DNA of 64,000 nucleotides from Candidatus Limnocylindrales bacterium (GCA_036504355.1 DASXVG010000134.1:7517-71516), one strand, 5' to 3'; positions 9,007 to 17,949 are shown, counted from the first letter of the stretch. The notes: generated by a model not told the origin, from the sequence alone. Translations and numbers: made by a program.

Positions 9007-9216
9007 ATGTACCACCCGGAGACGATGTACGAGCTGGCGAAGCTGCGCATGGCCGATGCGCAGCGTGATGCCGATCGCCAGCGGCTGGTCCGGCAGGCCG
9101 GATCGACGAGGGGATCGGGCGCGATCGACGCCGTCCGGTTCCGTGAGCGCCTCACGCGGCTGTTCGGGACCATCTGGCCCGCCAGCCCCGCAGGGAGCGC
9201 GACGGCTGGTGCGTGA
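9007..9216 (+). CDS. small hypothetical protein (helical, Arg/Ala-rich N-terminus)
   Basis: ATG 9007 is preceded by AAGGAG. The protein starts MYHPETMYELAKLRMADAQRDADRQRLVRQAG... Confidence 0.5.
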   Translation: MYHPETMYELAKLRMADAQRDADRQRLVRQAGSTRGSGAIDAVRFRERLTRLFGTIWPASPAGSATAGA

Positions 9217-9378
9217 TGCCGCACGTGCCGGAGGATCGCCCGGGTCTCGGGGACCGGGCGAAGGGACCGCGCCGTCCTCGTGACGGTGCGGTCCCCATTG
9301 ACGATGGCACGCGAAACGAAGAGGCTGCGCGGTGCCGAGGGAACGATCCAGCGCCCCAGCGCACGCAGGAGGTGGACC

Positions 9379-9780
9379 GTGCATTTGCAGATCCGTTCCG
9401 TGCCCGCCCTGTCACCGCCCAACCTGGCCGACTTCCTCAAGGTCCTGGCGGAAGCCAAGATCAACATCGAAGGTGCCAGCGGCAGCAACATCGGGTCCGG
9501 CGGGGAGTTCGCCCTCGCGGTGAGGGACGGCGAGGAGCGGGCAGCGATCGACGTGCTCGAGCGCGCGGGATACAAGCCGCGCCTCGTCGCGCCCAAGCAA
9601 TGTCAGCTCAAGGACGAGCCCGGCGCGCTCCTCGCGTGCATCACGGATGCCATGGCCGAGAACGAGGGAACCGACCGGGAGATCAAGGACATTCTCGTCG
9701 GTGCCAACAGGGAAAACGGCCTCGTGGTCGTCCAGGTCTATTCCTCGGTGCCGGGCGAGGACCCGGGCGACGTGCGCTGA
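9379..9780 (+). CDS. ACT-domain-like small-molecule-binding protein (tentative)
   Basis: GTG 9379 lies 5-6 nt after AGGAGG. Two beta-alpha-beta-like halves are present (LQIRSVPALSPPNLADFLKVLAEAKINIEG... and LKDEPGALLACITDAMAENEG...). Confidence 0.5.
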   Translation: MHLQIRSVPALSPPNLADFLKVLAEAKINIEGASGSNIGSGGEFALAVRDGEERAAIDVLERAGYKPRLVAPKQCQLKDEPGALLACITDAMAENEGTDREIKDILVGANRENGLVVVQVYSSVPGEDPGDVR

Positions 9781-9786
9781 CGGCCG

Positions 9787-12700
9787 TCAGCGCCGGGGCG
9801 GCGCGTCCGGGTCCTCCGGCTCGCCGCCTCCCGACAGGCCGATCCGCGCGGCGACCATGGCCGCCCCGACCCGGTTCGGGACGTCGAGCTTGTCCAGGAT
9901 GTGCGTCACGTGGACGCCCGCGGTCTTGCGCGTGATGAACAGGCGCTCGGCGATCTCGCCGTTGGACAGGCCGGCCGCCACGAGCTCGAGCACCTCGACC
10001 TCACGTGCAGAGAGCCCGAGCGCGTGGGCCGCGGCCCGGGGATCGGTCAGCGGGGCCTCGTCGGCCTTCGTCGCCGGTCCTGAGGCCGACCCCTCGGCCG
10101 TTCGCGGGGCGATCCGGCCGCGTGCCGCGAGCGTCGCAACGGCGGCCGCGAGCGGCGCGGCGCCCGCCGCCTCCGCGACCGCCGCCGCCTCGTGCACGAG
10201 TGCGGTGACGTCGGCGCGCACCCCCTCGGTCCGAAGCGCGGCCTCTGCCGCGCGGAAGCGGGCGTAGGCACCGTCGATCGGGTCGGGCACGCCGTCGAAC
10301 GCGGCGACCGCGGCGCGCCAGTCGTCTGCGTCCGCCTCCCCGCCCGCGCGCGCGAGCTCGCCCCTCGCGCTCGCAACCCACGCCCGACCACTCGAAGTCG
10401 TGACGCGCGGGGCGAGTCGGTCGAGCTGGACGCGGAAGGGGCCGGTTCGCGCGATCGCCGCCTGCAGCGCGCCATCGGCCCGGCGGGCCCGAGCCGCCTC
10501 GGCGAGCTCGGCGCAACACCGCAGCGCGTGTGCGACGAGTGGCGCGGTCCACAGGACGTCGTCCAGCCCCTTGAGCTGCGCGACGCCCGCCTCGGCGGCC
10601 GCGAGCGCCTCATCGGGCCGGTCCGCCCAGGCGAGCGCCTCCGCGCGGACGGTGGCGACGTATGCCGCGACATCCGGGTCGAGCGTCGAGAGGTCGATGC
10701 CACCGATCCGCCGCTCGACGTCGGCGGTGTCGCCCCGGATGCCGGCGATCCGGGCACGCACCGCCGAGAGGTAGACGATCCTCGATCCGCCGGGTGCCAG
10801 CGTGAGCCCGGCGTCCACGACCTCGAGCGCATCGTCGACGCGGCCGAGGCGCAGCAGGACATCGCCGGTGATGGCGGCGAGATCCTGGCCGAACCGGCGC
10901 CGGAGGCCGCTCTCGTCCACCGCCCGCCGACCTGCCTCGGCTGCCTCGAGCGCCTCGTCGAGGCGGTCGGCCGTGGCGAGATTGAGCGCGAGGTTGTAGT
11001 GCCCGACGATCCGCACGTGGGCCTGGCTCGTCTCCTCCGCCAGCCGGCACGCCTCGCGCAGCTGCGCGATGCCGCCCTCGATGTCGCCGAGCGCCACGAG
11101 GTCGGATCCCAGCATGTTGCGGGCGCGGCTCTCCTCGGCCCGTGCGCCCGCGACGCCTGCACACGCGATCGCCGCCTCGCACACCTCGCGCGACTCCGCC
11201 CATCGGCCCGCGCCCATGAGCGCCCCGCCGAGCGAGGCGAGGACGCGCGCGCGCTCCGCCGTCGGCGGCTCCGTCGGGACGAGCCGGACCGCCTCGCGAT
11301 GGGCGTCGAGCGCGGTTGCACTGTCCCCGAGGCTCCACTGCAGGTATCCGACCCGGGAATGGAGCGTCCCCGCGGTGGCGGGATCCGCGGCAGGATCCAC
11401 GAGGGTGAGCGCCTCGCGAGTGAGCTCGAGCGCCCGTGCGAACTCGCCGTCGAGATCCGCGTTGTCGGCCGCGCGCCGGCGAAGCTCGAGCCGGCTGCCA
11501 GGATCGTCGGCGACCTGCGGCAACCGCGGCTCGAGGGCGAGGGCGCGTTCGAGCGCCCGGTGGGCGTCCGCGTACGCGTGGACCGCCTCGGACGCGTCGG
11601 CCGCCCGGACGAGATGCGTGTATGCCTCGACGGCCAGCCCGGCCTCCGCGAAGTGATGGGCGAGCTCGGCGGCCGCGCCGACCGGGCTGGTGTCGGCGAG
11701 CTCGGGACGCGCCTCGAGGCGGCGTGCGAACCGCTCGTGCAGCCGGCGGCGGGCGCCCGGGAGCAGCTCCGCTTCGACGACCTCACGCAGGAGCTCGTGC
11801 CGGAACCGGTAGCCGGTAGCGGGCTCGTGCTCGAGCACGCGGTCGTCGAGCGCGGCCCGCAGGCCCTCGTCGATCTCCGCCTCCGGGACCTCCAGCACCT
11901 CTGCCAGCAATCGATCGTCGACGGGCCTGCCCGCGATCGCGGCCGCATCGACGATCGTCCGCGCCGGACGGTCAAGGCGCGCGACGCGCGCCAGCAGCAC
12001 CTCCACGACCGACCTCGGGCCCTCGCTCCCCCCCGCGGCGAACAGCTCTTCCACCAGCAGCGGGTTGCCCTCCGAGCGTCGCCAGATCCGGTCCAGCACC
12101 CCGGCCCCCGGTTCGCCCCCGCCGATCAGCGAGAGTTGGCGCTGCACCGCGTCCCGGTCCAGCCGCCCGAGCTCGAGGACCACGGTCGACGGCACCCGCT
12201 CGAGCTCCGCGAGCCAGGCAAGGATCCGGTGGCCCCGCGGCAGGTCGTCCACGCGACAGGTGAGCACGACCGCGAGGCGCTCGCTCGTCAGGTTTCGCGA
12301 CAGGAACGTCAGCAGGTCGCGGGTGGCGCGATCGATCCAGTGGACGTCTTCGACCACGAGCACCGTGGGCCCCACCGCCGACAGGGCGCCGAACAGGCCG
12401 AGGATCCGCTCGAACAGGCGAGCCTGGCCCAGGCCGGAGGGCAGCGCCGAGGCGCTCGCCTCGACGGGCGGGGCGACGCCATCGGTGGCCAGCTCGGGCA
12501 CGATCGCCGCGAGGTCCCCGCGCGCGGGACCAAGCAGCCGCTCGAGGTCGTCGGGCGGGACGGCGCGCGCCAGCCCGCGGAGCGCGGACGCGATCGGCAG
12601 GTACGGGAGTCCCGCCACGCCGATGTCGAGGCACTCGCCGGTCAGGACGAGCCGCCGGGCGCCGTCGCCGGGACGCGTCGCCTCGCGCACGAGGCGCGAC

Positions 12701-12834
12701 TTGCCGACCCCGGCCTCGCCGAGGACGACAACGAACCGCGGCGCGCCGGTCCCGGAGGCGTCCAGGGCTGCCGACAGCGTGTCCACGTCCCGGTCGCGAC
12801 CCACCAGGACCGCGCTCGAGATCCGGCTGATCAT
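9787..12834 (-). CDS. LAL-type LuxR family regulator (AAA/STAND ATPase, TPR-like repeats, C-terminal HTH)
   Basis: 1015-aa ORF. Walker A GEAGVGKS, long helical repeat region, and LuxR HTH LSAREVEVLELVAAGLSNGEIAERLFITRKTAGVHVTHILDKL. Confidence 0.9.
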   Translation of the reverse strand: MISRISSAVLVGRDRDVDTLSAALDASGTGAPRFVVVLGEAGVGKSRLVREATRPGDGARRLVLTGECLDIGVAGLPYLPIASALRGLARAVPPDDLERLLGPARGDLAAIVPELATDGVAPPVEASASALPSGLGQARLFERILGLFGALSAVGPTVLVVEDVHWIDRATRDLLTFLSRNLTSERLAVVLTCRVDDLPRGHRILAWLAELERVPSTVVLELGRLDRDAVQRQLSLIGGGEPGAGVLDRIWRRSEGNPLLVEELFAAGGSEGPRSVVEVLLARVARLDRPARTIVDAAAIAGRPVDDRLLAEVLEVPEAEIDEGLRAALDDRVLEHEPATGYRFRHELLREVVEAELLPGARRRLHERFARRLEARPELADTSPVGAAAELAHHFAEAGLAVEAYTHLVRAADASEAVHAYADAHRALERALALEPRLPQVADDPGSRLELRRRAADNADLDGEFARALELTREALTLVDPAADPATAGTLHSRVGYLQWSLGDSATALDAHREAVRLVPTEPPTAERARVLASLGGALMGAGRWAESREVCEAAIACAGVAGARAEESRARNMLGSDLVALGDIEGGIAQLREACRLAEETSQAHVRIVGHYNLALNLATADRLDEALEAAEAGRRAVDESGLRRRFGQDLAAITGDVLLRLGRVDDALEVVDAGLTLAPGGSRIVYLSAVRARIAGIRGDTADVERRIGGIDLSTLDPDVAAYVATVRAEALAWADRPDEALAAAEAGVAQLKGLDDVLWTAPLVAHALRCCAELAEAARARRADGALQAAIARTGPFRVQLDRLAPRVTTSSGRAWVASARGELARAGGEADADDWRAAVAAFDGVPDPIDGAYARFRAAEAALRTEGVRADVTALVHEAAAVAEAAGAAPLAAAVATLAARGRIAPRTAEGSASGPATKADEAPLTDPRAAAHALGLSAREVEVLELVAAGLSNGEIAERLFITRKTAGVHVTHILDKLDVPNRVGAAMVAARIGLSGGGEPEDPDAPPRR

Positions 12835-12940
12835 GCCGACGATGGTACGAGCCTGCTCAATGGGGGCTCGGGCGTTGGGCGCCGCACGGACGCCACGCGA
12901 AGACGCCGCCCCAGCAGGGACGGCGTCTCGATGTCGGTCC

Positions 12941-12966
12941 GGGTGCCGGGCGAAAGCCCGGCACCC
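12941..12966 (-). terminator. stem-loop downstream of 12976..13287
   Basis: GGGTGCCGGGC-GAAA-GCCCGGCACCC forms an 11-bp perfect stem with a GNRA loop. There is no U tract. A second 8-bp hairpin lies at 12901-12928. Confidence 0.55.
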
Positions 12967-12975
12967 GGGCGGGCG

Positions 12976-13287
12976 TCACCGCGCGAAGCGGGTGCCGTTC
13001 CCCCCACCCGTGCCGGCGTCGGCCGGGACGGACTGCGTCGACGTGTCGGTTGCCCAGCCGCGATCGTGCAGGACCGGCGCGGCGCCGGCCGCCGGAGCCG
13101 TGCTCCAGCCATGGTCGTGGGCGTACTGGGCGCCGACGTTGAGCGGCGCGGATGCCGCGTGGGACGCGCTCAGCTGGCCGTACGCCAGCGCGAGCACGAG
13201 GGCCACGGCCAGCAGGACCGTCGCGAACGCGGCGGCGAGCGGGCGGAGGCTCGGGGTTGCCTGGATGGAGCGGGGCGCTGCGGACAT
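12976..13287 (-). CDS. small secreted or membrane-anchored protein with repeated HD(H/R)GW motif
   Basis: ATG 13287 is preceded by AAGGAGG. N-terminal hydrophobic anchor LRPLAAAFATVLLAVALVLALA. Motifs YAHDHGWS and LHDRGWAT. Confidence 0.65.
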   Translation of the reverse strand: MSAAPRSIQATPSLRPLAAAFATVLLAVALVLALAYGQLSASHAASAPLNVGAQYAHDHGWSTAPAAGAAPVLHDRGWATDTSTQSVPADAGTGGGNGTRFAR

Positions 13288-13490
13288 CTGGTCCTCCTTG
13301 CCGCCGTCCCTGTCCGATACCTTCGGGCTGGGCGGACCGGCATCTCGTGACCTCATCCTCCCCGCGGCGGCCGCCGGTGTAATCGGGCAGCAGCCCCAGG
13401 CGACGCGTCCTGCCTACCTCAAAGTCGCTGCGGGCAGATCAGCGGTGCCTTAGGCCGGCTGGTCGAGGCACGGATCGGCACCACCGAACG

Positions 13491-13610
13491 ATGAGCCAGG
13501 CGATCCACGACGTGTACTGCGGGATCACGGCCGACCACGAACACCCGAACGACAAGGACCGCGACCAGGCGGCCCAGATCCTCGCAGCGCTCGGTCGGCA
13601 CGCGGGCTGA
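13491..13610 (+). CDS. candidate 39-aa small protein (below the ORF-track length cut-off)
   Basis: Sequence MSQAIHDVYCGITADHEHPNDKDRDQAAQILAALGRHAG. About 35 of 38 codons end in G/C, unlike the opposite-strand 70-aa ORF. The stop codon sits in the loop of a 9-bp hairpin. No obvious RBS. Confidence 0.35.
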   Translation: MSQAIHDVYCGITADHEHPNDKDRDQAAQILAALGRHAG

Positions 13611-13621
13611 TCGCCCGCGTG
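13599..13621 (+). terminator. stem-loop over the stop codon of the 39-aa ORF
   Basis: CACGCGGGC-TGATC-GCCCGCGTG forms a 9-bp perfect stem, followed by TTCGAG. Confidence 0.4.
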
Positions 13622-13677
13622 TTCGAGCCACGGTCTGCGCCTCCGCCTCCGGCCCGTCGGGGCGGGGCGTGCCCGCG

Positions 13678-14469
13678 TCAGATGCGGGTGTGGATGAACG
13701 CCGTGAACGGCGCGCCGAGCGCGTACAGGCCGGTCACCCGGATGCCCTGGCTCGGGTTGAGCGCACTGACGATCTTGCCGTTGCCGATGTAGATCCCGGC
13801 GTGCGAGCCGTCGCCGTAGATGACGACGTCGCCGACGCGGCCGTTCGTGCGCGAGGTGAGGCCCATGCTCCGACCCCACGCGAGCATCGCCGAGGCGGAA
13901 TGCCCGCCACCGAGCTCGCCGCCGACGCCCGCCTGCTTGTACGCGTACCGGACGAGGCCGGAGCAGTCGAAGGCGTCGGGGCCGGTGCCACCCGCGACAT
14001 AGCGGTCGTTGAGCTGGGCGAGCGCGATCCGCACGACCCGGTTGCGCGCGGCCGACGAGCCGGCGGCGAAGGTCACCGCAGAGCTCGACCTCGCCGGCGA
14101 GGCTGCCTTCGTCGTTGCAACGTGGCGCACGACCGAGGCGACCGCGCCCGCGTGCAGGTTGGACGTCCGGGTTCGCGTGGCCGCGCGGGCGAGCACGGCG
14201 GCGGCACCCGCGGTGGCGGCAGCATCGTCGCGCAGCTCGGTCGACGGGATACGTGAGGAGCGCGCCGGGCCATCGGCACGGGCGAGGCGCGACGAGAGCG
14301 TGGCCCCGCCGGTCGAAGCCGGCACGACGACCGTCGAGAAGACGGCGGACGCGAGCGTGACGGGTGCGGACGGGGTGGCCGCGACGAGCGCGGCGGGGAC
14401 GGCGACGCCGACGACGGCGATCAGGGTCGCGATGGCGGTGGCCCGGGAAACGGTGACGCGGAAGCCCAA
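13678..14469 (-). CDS. NlpC/P60 (C40) cell-wall peptidase
   Basis: Frame of ORF 13678..14790, trimmed to TTG 14469, which lies 4 nt after GAGAGGAG. Signal-like N-terminus. Catalytic region GPDAFDCSGLVRYAY...GDGSHAGIYIG. Confidence 0.85.
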   Translation of the reverse strand: MGFRVTVSRATAIATLIAVVGVAVPAALVAATPSAPVTLASAVFSTVVVPASTGGATLSSRLARADGPARSSRIPSTELRDDAAATAGAAAVLARAATRTRTSNLHAGAVASVVRHVATTKAASPARSSSAVTFAAGSSAARNRVVRIALAQLNDRYVAGGTGPDAFDCSGLVRYAYKQAGVGGELGGGHSASAMLAWGRSMGLTSRTNGRVGDVVIYGDGSHAGIYIGNGKIVSALNPSQGIRVTGLYALGAPFTAFIHTRI

Positions 14470-14708
14470 GATGCTCCTCTCTGCCAGGACACGGCGGGAC
14501 GACCACCGCGGCGATGGGACAGCGCCGCCCGGCACGGGAGAGAGGGGGCTCGCACGGCACTGGGGTGCCAGGAGCGCACAACGATCGACAGGTGGTCGAC
14601 CGCACGGCAAGGGAGTCCCTGCCTGGGCGGCGATATGTGGTTGTGGAACCCCTGTCGATGAACGGTTGCGGGCGTGACGATACCAGCGATCGGCGGCCGG
14701 CGCGTAGG
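14470..14708 (-). promoter_or_regulatory. long structured 5' leader and divergent promoter region upstream of NlpC/P60
   Basis: On the minus strand there is a TGGTATCGT extended -10-like element and nested helices (ATCGACAGG...CCTGTCGAT). A CCUCUCU tract (plus-strand 14536-14548) is complementary to the AGAGAGG of the RBS. Confidence 0.35.
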
Positions 14709-15359
14709 ATGGCCAGGATGGGCTGCTGCGATCCGTCCGTGTATGACCATCACTTCGATGCCCGCCGGGCCCGAGACCAGCTTCGCGCATACCGTCGTCA
14801 TGGGCCCCGGGGCTCGACCTCGCGCCTCATCGCAGCACTCGCCGAGGGTGGCGTGGACGGGCTCACCGTGCTCGACATCGGCGCGGGCGTGGGGGCCGTC
14901 CACCACGCGCTGCTGGAGGCGGGCGCGGCCTTCGCGGTCGACGTCGACGCCTCCGGGCCATACCTCGAGGCCGCGCGCGGCGAGGCCGCCCGCCGCTCGA
15001 TCGACGACCGCGTGACCTACCTCAAGGGGGATGCCGTGGCGTTGGGCGACGCGGTCCCCGAGGCAGACCTCGTGGCGCTCGACCGGGTCGTCTGCTGCTA
15101 CCCCGACATGGATCGCCTGGTCACGATGGCGGCGACCCGGACGCGACGCCGGCTGGGGCTGGTGGTGCCGCGCGATGACGCCTGGGTCCGCGCATGCGCC
15201 GCACTCGGGAACCGGCTCGAGGCCCTCGGCAGCCGTCCCCTGCCCACGTACGTCCACCGGACCCACGCGATCACCCGGGTCGCTCGGGCCTCCGGCCTCG
15301 TCCCCACGGGCGCGCACAGCGGCCTCCTCTGGCAGACCCTCGTCTACGTCCGACCGTGA
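14709..15359 (+). CDS. class I SAM-dependent methyltransferase
   Basis: Motif I VLDIGAGVGAV. Start is at ATG 14709 or 14718 (MARMGCCDPSVYD...). Confidence 0.75.
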   Translation: MARMGCCDPSVYDHHFDARRARDQLRAYRRHGPRGSTSRLIAALAEGGVDGLTVLDIGAGVGAVHHALLEAGAAFAVDVDASGPYLEAARGEAARRSIDDRVTYLKGDAVALGDAVPEADLVALDRVVCCYPDMDRLVTMAATRTRRRLGLVVPRDDAWVRACAALGNRLEALGSRPLPTYVHRTHAITRVARASGLVPTGAHSGLLWQTLVYVRP

Positions 15360-15401
15360 CGGCCGGGGGCTCGCGGCGGCAGCCCGCCGACGCACCTGGT
15401 G

Positions 15402-17549
15402 TCAGGTGACCGGGATGGCCCGCCCGCCCACCGGCGGCGCTGACCCGCGGGCCGCGGGCTCCGGCGTCTCGACTACCGGCTCGTCGGCCCACACCGGGAG
15501 CGAGAACCCGAACTCGGCACCCCCCTCGGCTCTGGGCCGTGCCCAGATCCGACCGCCCATCGCCGTCACGAGCTCGCGGCAGACGAACAGGCCGATGCCC
15601 GAGCCCGGGGCGGACAGCGTGGCCTCCGACCGGTAGTAGAGGTCGAACAGCGACGAAGCCTCGTCGGGGTCGAGGCCCGGGCCGTCGTCGAGGACGCGGA
15701 TCGTGACGCCGCCCGGACCGTCGTCGACGACGTGGACATGGACGTTCGCCCCCGGGCCGGCGTACTTCGCAGCGTTCGAGAGCAGGTTCCGGAGCACGAG
15801 CGACAGTGATTCCTCGTCGCCCGCCACGAGCGGCAGCGACTGCGGCACGTCGGCCGTGATCGTCACGCCACCCGCCTGGGCACGCTCCCGATCGATGACT
15901 CCCGGCAGGATGCGGTGGATCAGGACCGGGCTGACCTCGAGGACGTCGGCGCCCCGCTCGACCCGCGCGAGGATGAGCAGGTTCTCGATCATCCGCTGGA
16001 GGCGGTCCGCCTCGCCCGCCACGTCGACGAGGAGCTCGCTGCGGGTCGCCTCGTCGAGCCTCGCACCCTTGGTGAGCAGCACCTGCGATCCGCCGAAGAT
16101 CGACGTGACCGGTGTCCGCAGCTCGTGGGACAGCACGCCGATGAACCGGTCGCGGAGCGCGTCCGCCTCGTGGCGCCAGGTGACGTCCGTGACGACGACG
16201 AGGTTCGACGGCTCGCCGTCGAACACGAACGGCGACGTGGCGACCTCGACCGGGAAGGTCCCGCCGTCGCGCCGACGGCCCGTGCCCTGCGAGCGGCTGA
16301 CGCCGCCGTCGGCCTGCGAGCCGCGGATACCGCCCGCGGGCAGGATCAGCTCATCCAGGCGGCACCCGACGAGCCCGGCTGCATCGGTCCCGAACATCTC
16401 CGCGGCTGTGCGGGTTCCCCAGCGGATGACGCCCTGCCCGTCGAGGCTCAGGATCGCGTTCGGCTCCGCCTCGAGGAGGCTTCGGAAGCGCGCCTCGCTC
16501 GTTCGGACGGCGTCCGCCTCGTCGAGCGCCCGTGCGGCGTCCGTGAGCGTGGCAACGGCCCGCTCTCGCTCGACCGCGAGCGCGGTCAGCGACCCGAGGA
16601 GCGCGATCAGCGTCACGTCGTCCTCCAGGAACAGCGGCCGGCCGCCGACGTCCGCCGACAGTGTCGCGACCGTCCGGCCCTCGGTCACGATCGGGATCGA
16701 GAGCTCCTCGCGCCGGGCGGCGGGCGCGACGCTCCCCTTCGCGGACGACCCGACGACCGGTCCCTCACCGAGGACGGTGTCGCCGTCCCGGACCTGGACC
16801 CGTCGGGCGCCGAGGATGTTCGTGGCCGAGCCGGCGAGCGAGGTCCACAGCACGCGCTGGTCGGTCCCGGTGGGCGAGGCGACGACGGACCGGACCAGAT
16901 CGAATGCGACCGCGCGGTGGATGACGTCCCGCAGCCAGCGAGGCGGGACGAACGCCGCGAGGTAGCCGCCCCCGGCGACGAGCGCCAGCAGGCGCGACAC
17001 CACGGTGATCTCGGGGCTTGACCCGGTCCCGCCGCGCGCCGCGGAGCCCAGGCCCGCGATGAAGATCGAGACACCGAACAGGATCGATGCCGCGGCGGCG
17101 GCGGACAATCGGACCCGGGGCAGCCCGAGCCGACGTCGACTCTCCGCGAGCAGGATCGCCGCCGCCACGGCCTCCGTGAACACGAAGTACAGGACCAGGA
17201 ACAGGATCGCGGGGACGCTGCGGTTCGTCGCAAAGAAGCCGATGACGGAGACGACGAACCCCGCGAACGCGAGCGGGACGACCCAGCGCGGGAGCCGGAC
17301 GATGAGCCCCACGAGCCGCATCATCAGCGCCGGCTGCGCGACGAGCAGCACCACCGCGATGGGCGAGAGGAACAGCGACAGGTCGGGCAGGACCAGTCGG
17401 ATCGCGCTCGAGGCGAAGATCGCGGCCGTACTGGTGAACACCAGCACGACGGCCAGCTCGAGCGCGGCGCGATGCTGCGCCCAGCGGCGGATCGAGACGG
17501 CGAACAGGAGATAGAACGCTGCGCCGATGAGCAGCGTGACGGCATCCAT
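15402..17549 (-). CDS. sensor histidine kinase with N-terminal multi-TM domain, GAF-like and PAS regions
   Basis: 715 aa with 6-7 hydrophobic helices. PAS-like FRSLLEAEPNAILSLDGQG, H-box SHELRTP, and HATPase G-boxes DDGPGL and GSGIGL. No adjacent response regulator. Confidence 0.9.
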   Translation of the reverse strand: MDAVTLLIGAAFYLLFAVSIRRWAQHRAALELAVVLVFTSTAAIFASSAIRLVLPDLSLFLSPIAVVLLVAQPALMMRLVGLIVRLPRWVVPLAFAGFVVSVIGFFATNRSVPAILFLVLYFVFTEAVAAAILLAESRRRLGLPRVRLSAAAAASILFGVSIFIAGLGSAARGGTGSSPEITVVSRLLALVAGGGYLAAFVPPRWLRDVIHRAVAFDLVRSVVASPTGTDQRVLWTSLAGSATNILGARRVQVRDGDTVLGEGPVVGSSAKGSVAPAARREELSIPIVTEGRTVATLSADVGGRPLFLEDDVTLIALLGSLTALAVERERAVATLTDAARALDEADAVRTSEARFRSLLEAEPNAILSLDGQGVIRWGTRTAAEMFGTDAAGLVGCRLDELILPAGGIRGSQADGGVSRSQGTGRRRDGGTFPVEVATSPFVFDGEPSNLVVVTDVTWRHEADALRDRFIGVLSHELRTPVTSIFGGSQVLLTKGARLDEATRSELLVDVAGEADRLQRMIENLLILARVERGADVLEVSPVLIHRILPGVIDRERAQAGGVTITADVPQSLPLVAGDEESLSLVLRNLLSNAAKYAGPGANVHVHVVDDGPGGVTIRVLDDGPGLDPDEASSLFDLYYRSEATLSAPGSGIGLFVCRELVTAMGGRIWARPRAEGGAEFGFSLPVWADEPVVETPEPAARGSAPPVGGRAIPVT

Positions 17550-17631
17550 TCGGTGAGCGCACCCTCAGTGACCCGGGTGAAGATCTGGGTCAGGATGCCA
17601 ACCGTGGCGCCGAAAGCCAAGACACGGGCGC

Positions 17632-17670
17632 ATAACAAATTGCCCCGCCGGGCGCCGTGCGGCGGCGGGC
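17632..17670 (-). terminator. intrinsic terminator after the DUF2630 gene
   Basis: On the minus strand, GCCCGCCG...CGGCGGGGC forms a GC-rich stem followed by AAUUUGUUAU. Confidence 0.6.
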
Positions 17671-17674
17671 CGAG

Positions 17675-17920
17675 CTACTGCTCGTAGCCCTCCACGACCT
17701 TCGCCGAGCGGAGCCGTGCGGCGGCCGGGTCGAGCCCGGCATCGGCACGGGCCTGCCGCTGGTGGAGCAGGTCGAAACAGCGATCCAGCTCCACCTTGAT
17801 CTCGTCCAGTCGGGCTCGCTCCTGGACCGAGAGCCCTGCGCCGTCTCCCGCCTTCGCGTACAGGCGCTCCTCCTCGGCCGACAGCTCGTTGATGTAGGCG
17901 AACGGGTCCTGCTGGCTCAT
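17675..17920 (-). CDS. DUF2630 family protein
   Basis: Frame of ORF 17675..18115, trimmed to MSQQDPFAYINELSAEEERLYAKAGDG...LDEIKVELDRCFDLLHQRQA. GGAGAC RBS upstream. Confidence 0.75.
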   Translation of the reverse strand: MSQQDPFAYINELSAEEERLYAKAGDGAGLSVQERARLDEIKVELDRCFDLLHQRQARADAGLDPAAARLRSAKVVEGYEQ

Positions 17921-17949
17921 CGGTGTCTCCAGGCGGGCGCGGTGATGGG

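Noticed and set aside
7818-9596. Long N-terminal extensions offered by the ORF track: the 592-aa form of the LLM gene, the 683-aa form of glnS from 2658, the 437-aa form of the M15 gene from 17657, and the 913-aa form from 43064.
   Set aside because: The upstream portions overlap other genes or are low-complexity. They lack homology-type motifs. They are replaced by internal starts with RBS support or 4-nt coupling overlaps.
10192-13350. 1052-aa plus-strand ORF. There are many similar very long ORFs in the track, for example 32105..36244 (-, 1379 aa), 32494..37368 (+, 1624 aa), 22244..25150, 25479..27650, 27391..30153, 43571..45235, 45303..47432, 48800..51340 and 56512..58161.
   Set aside because: These are shadow frames opposite to, or offset from, motif-bearing genes (LuxR, PFOR, ABC components, PBP and others). 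Their translations are Arg/Pro/Gly/Ala-rich low-complexity strings with no recognisable motifs. Long open antisense frames are expected at this GC content because stop codons are AT-rich.
14470-14708. ydaO/c-di-AMP riboswitch upstream of NlpC/P60.
   Set aside because: The context is right, but I could not find the conserved ydaO sequence blocks. The region is kept only as an unclassified structured leader.
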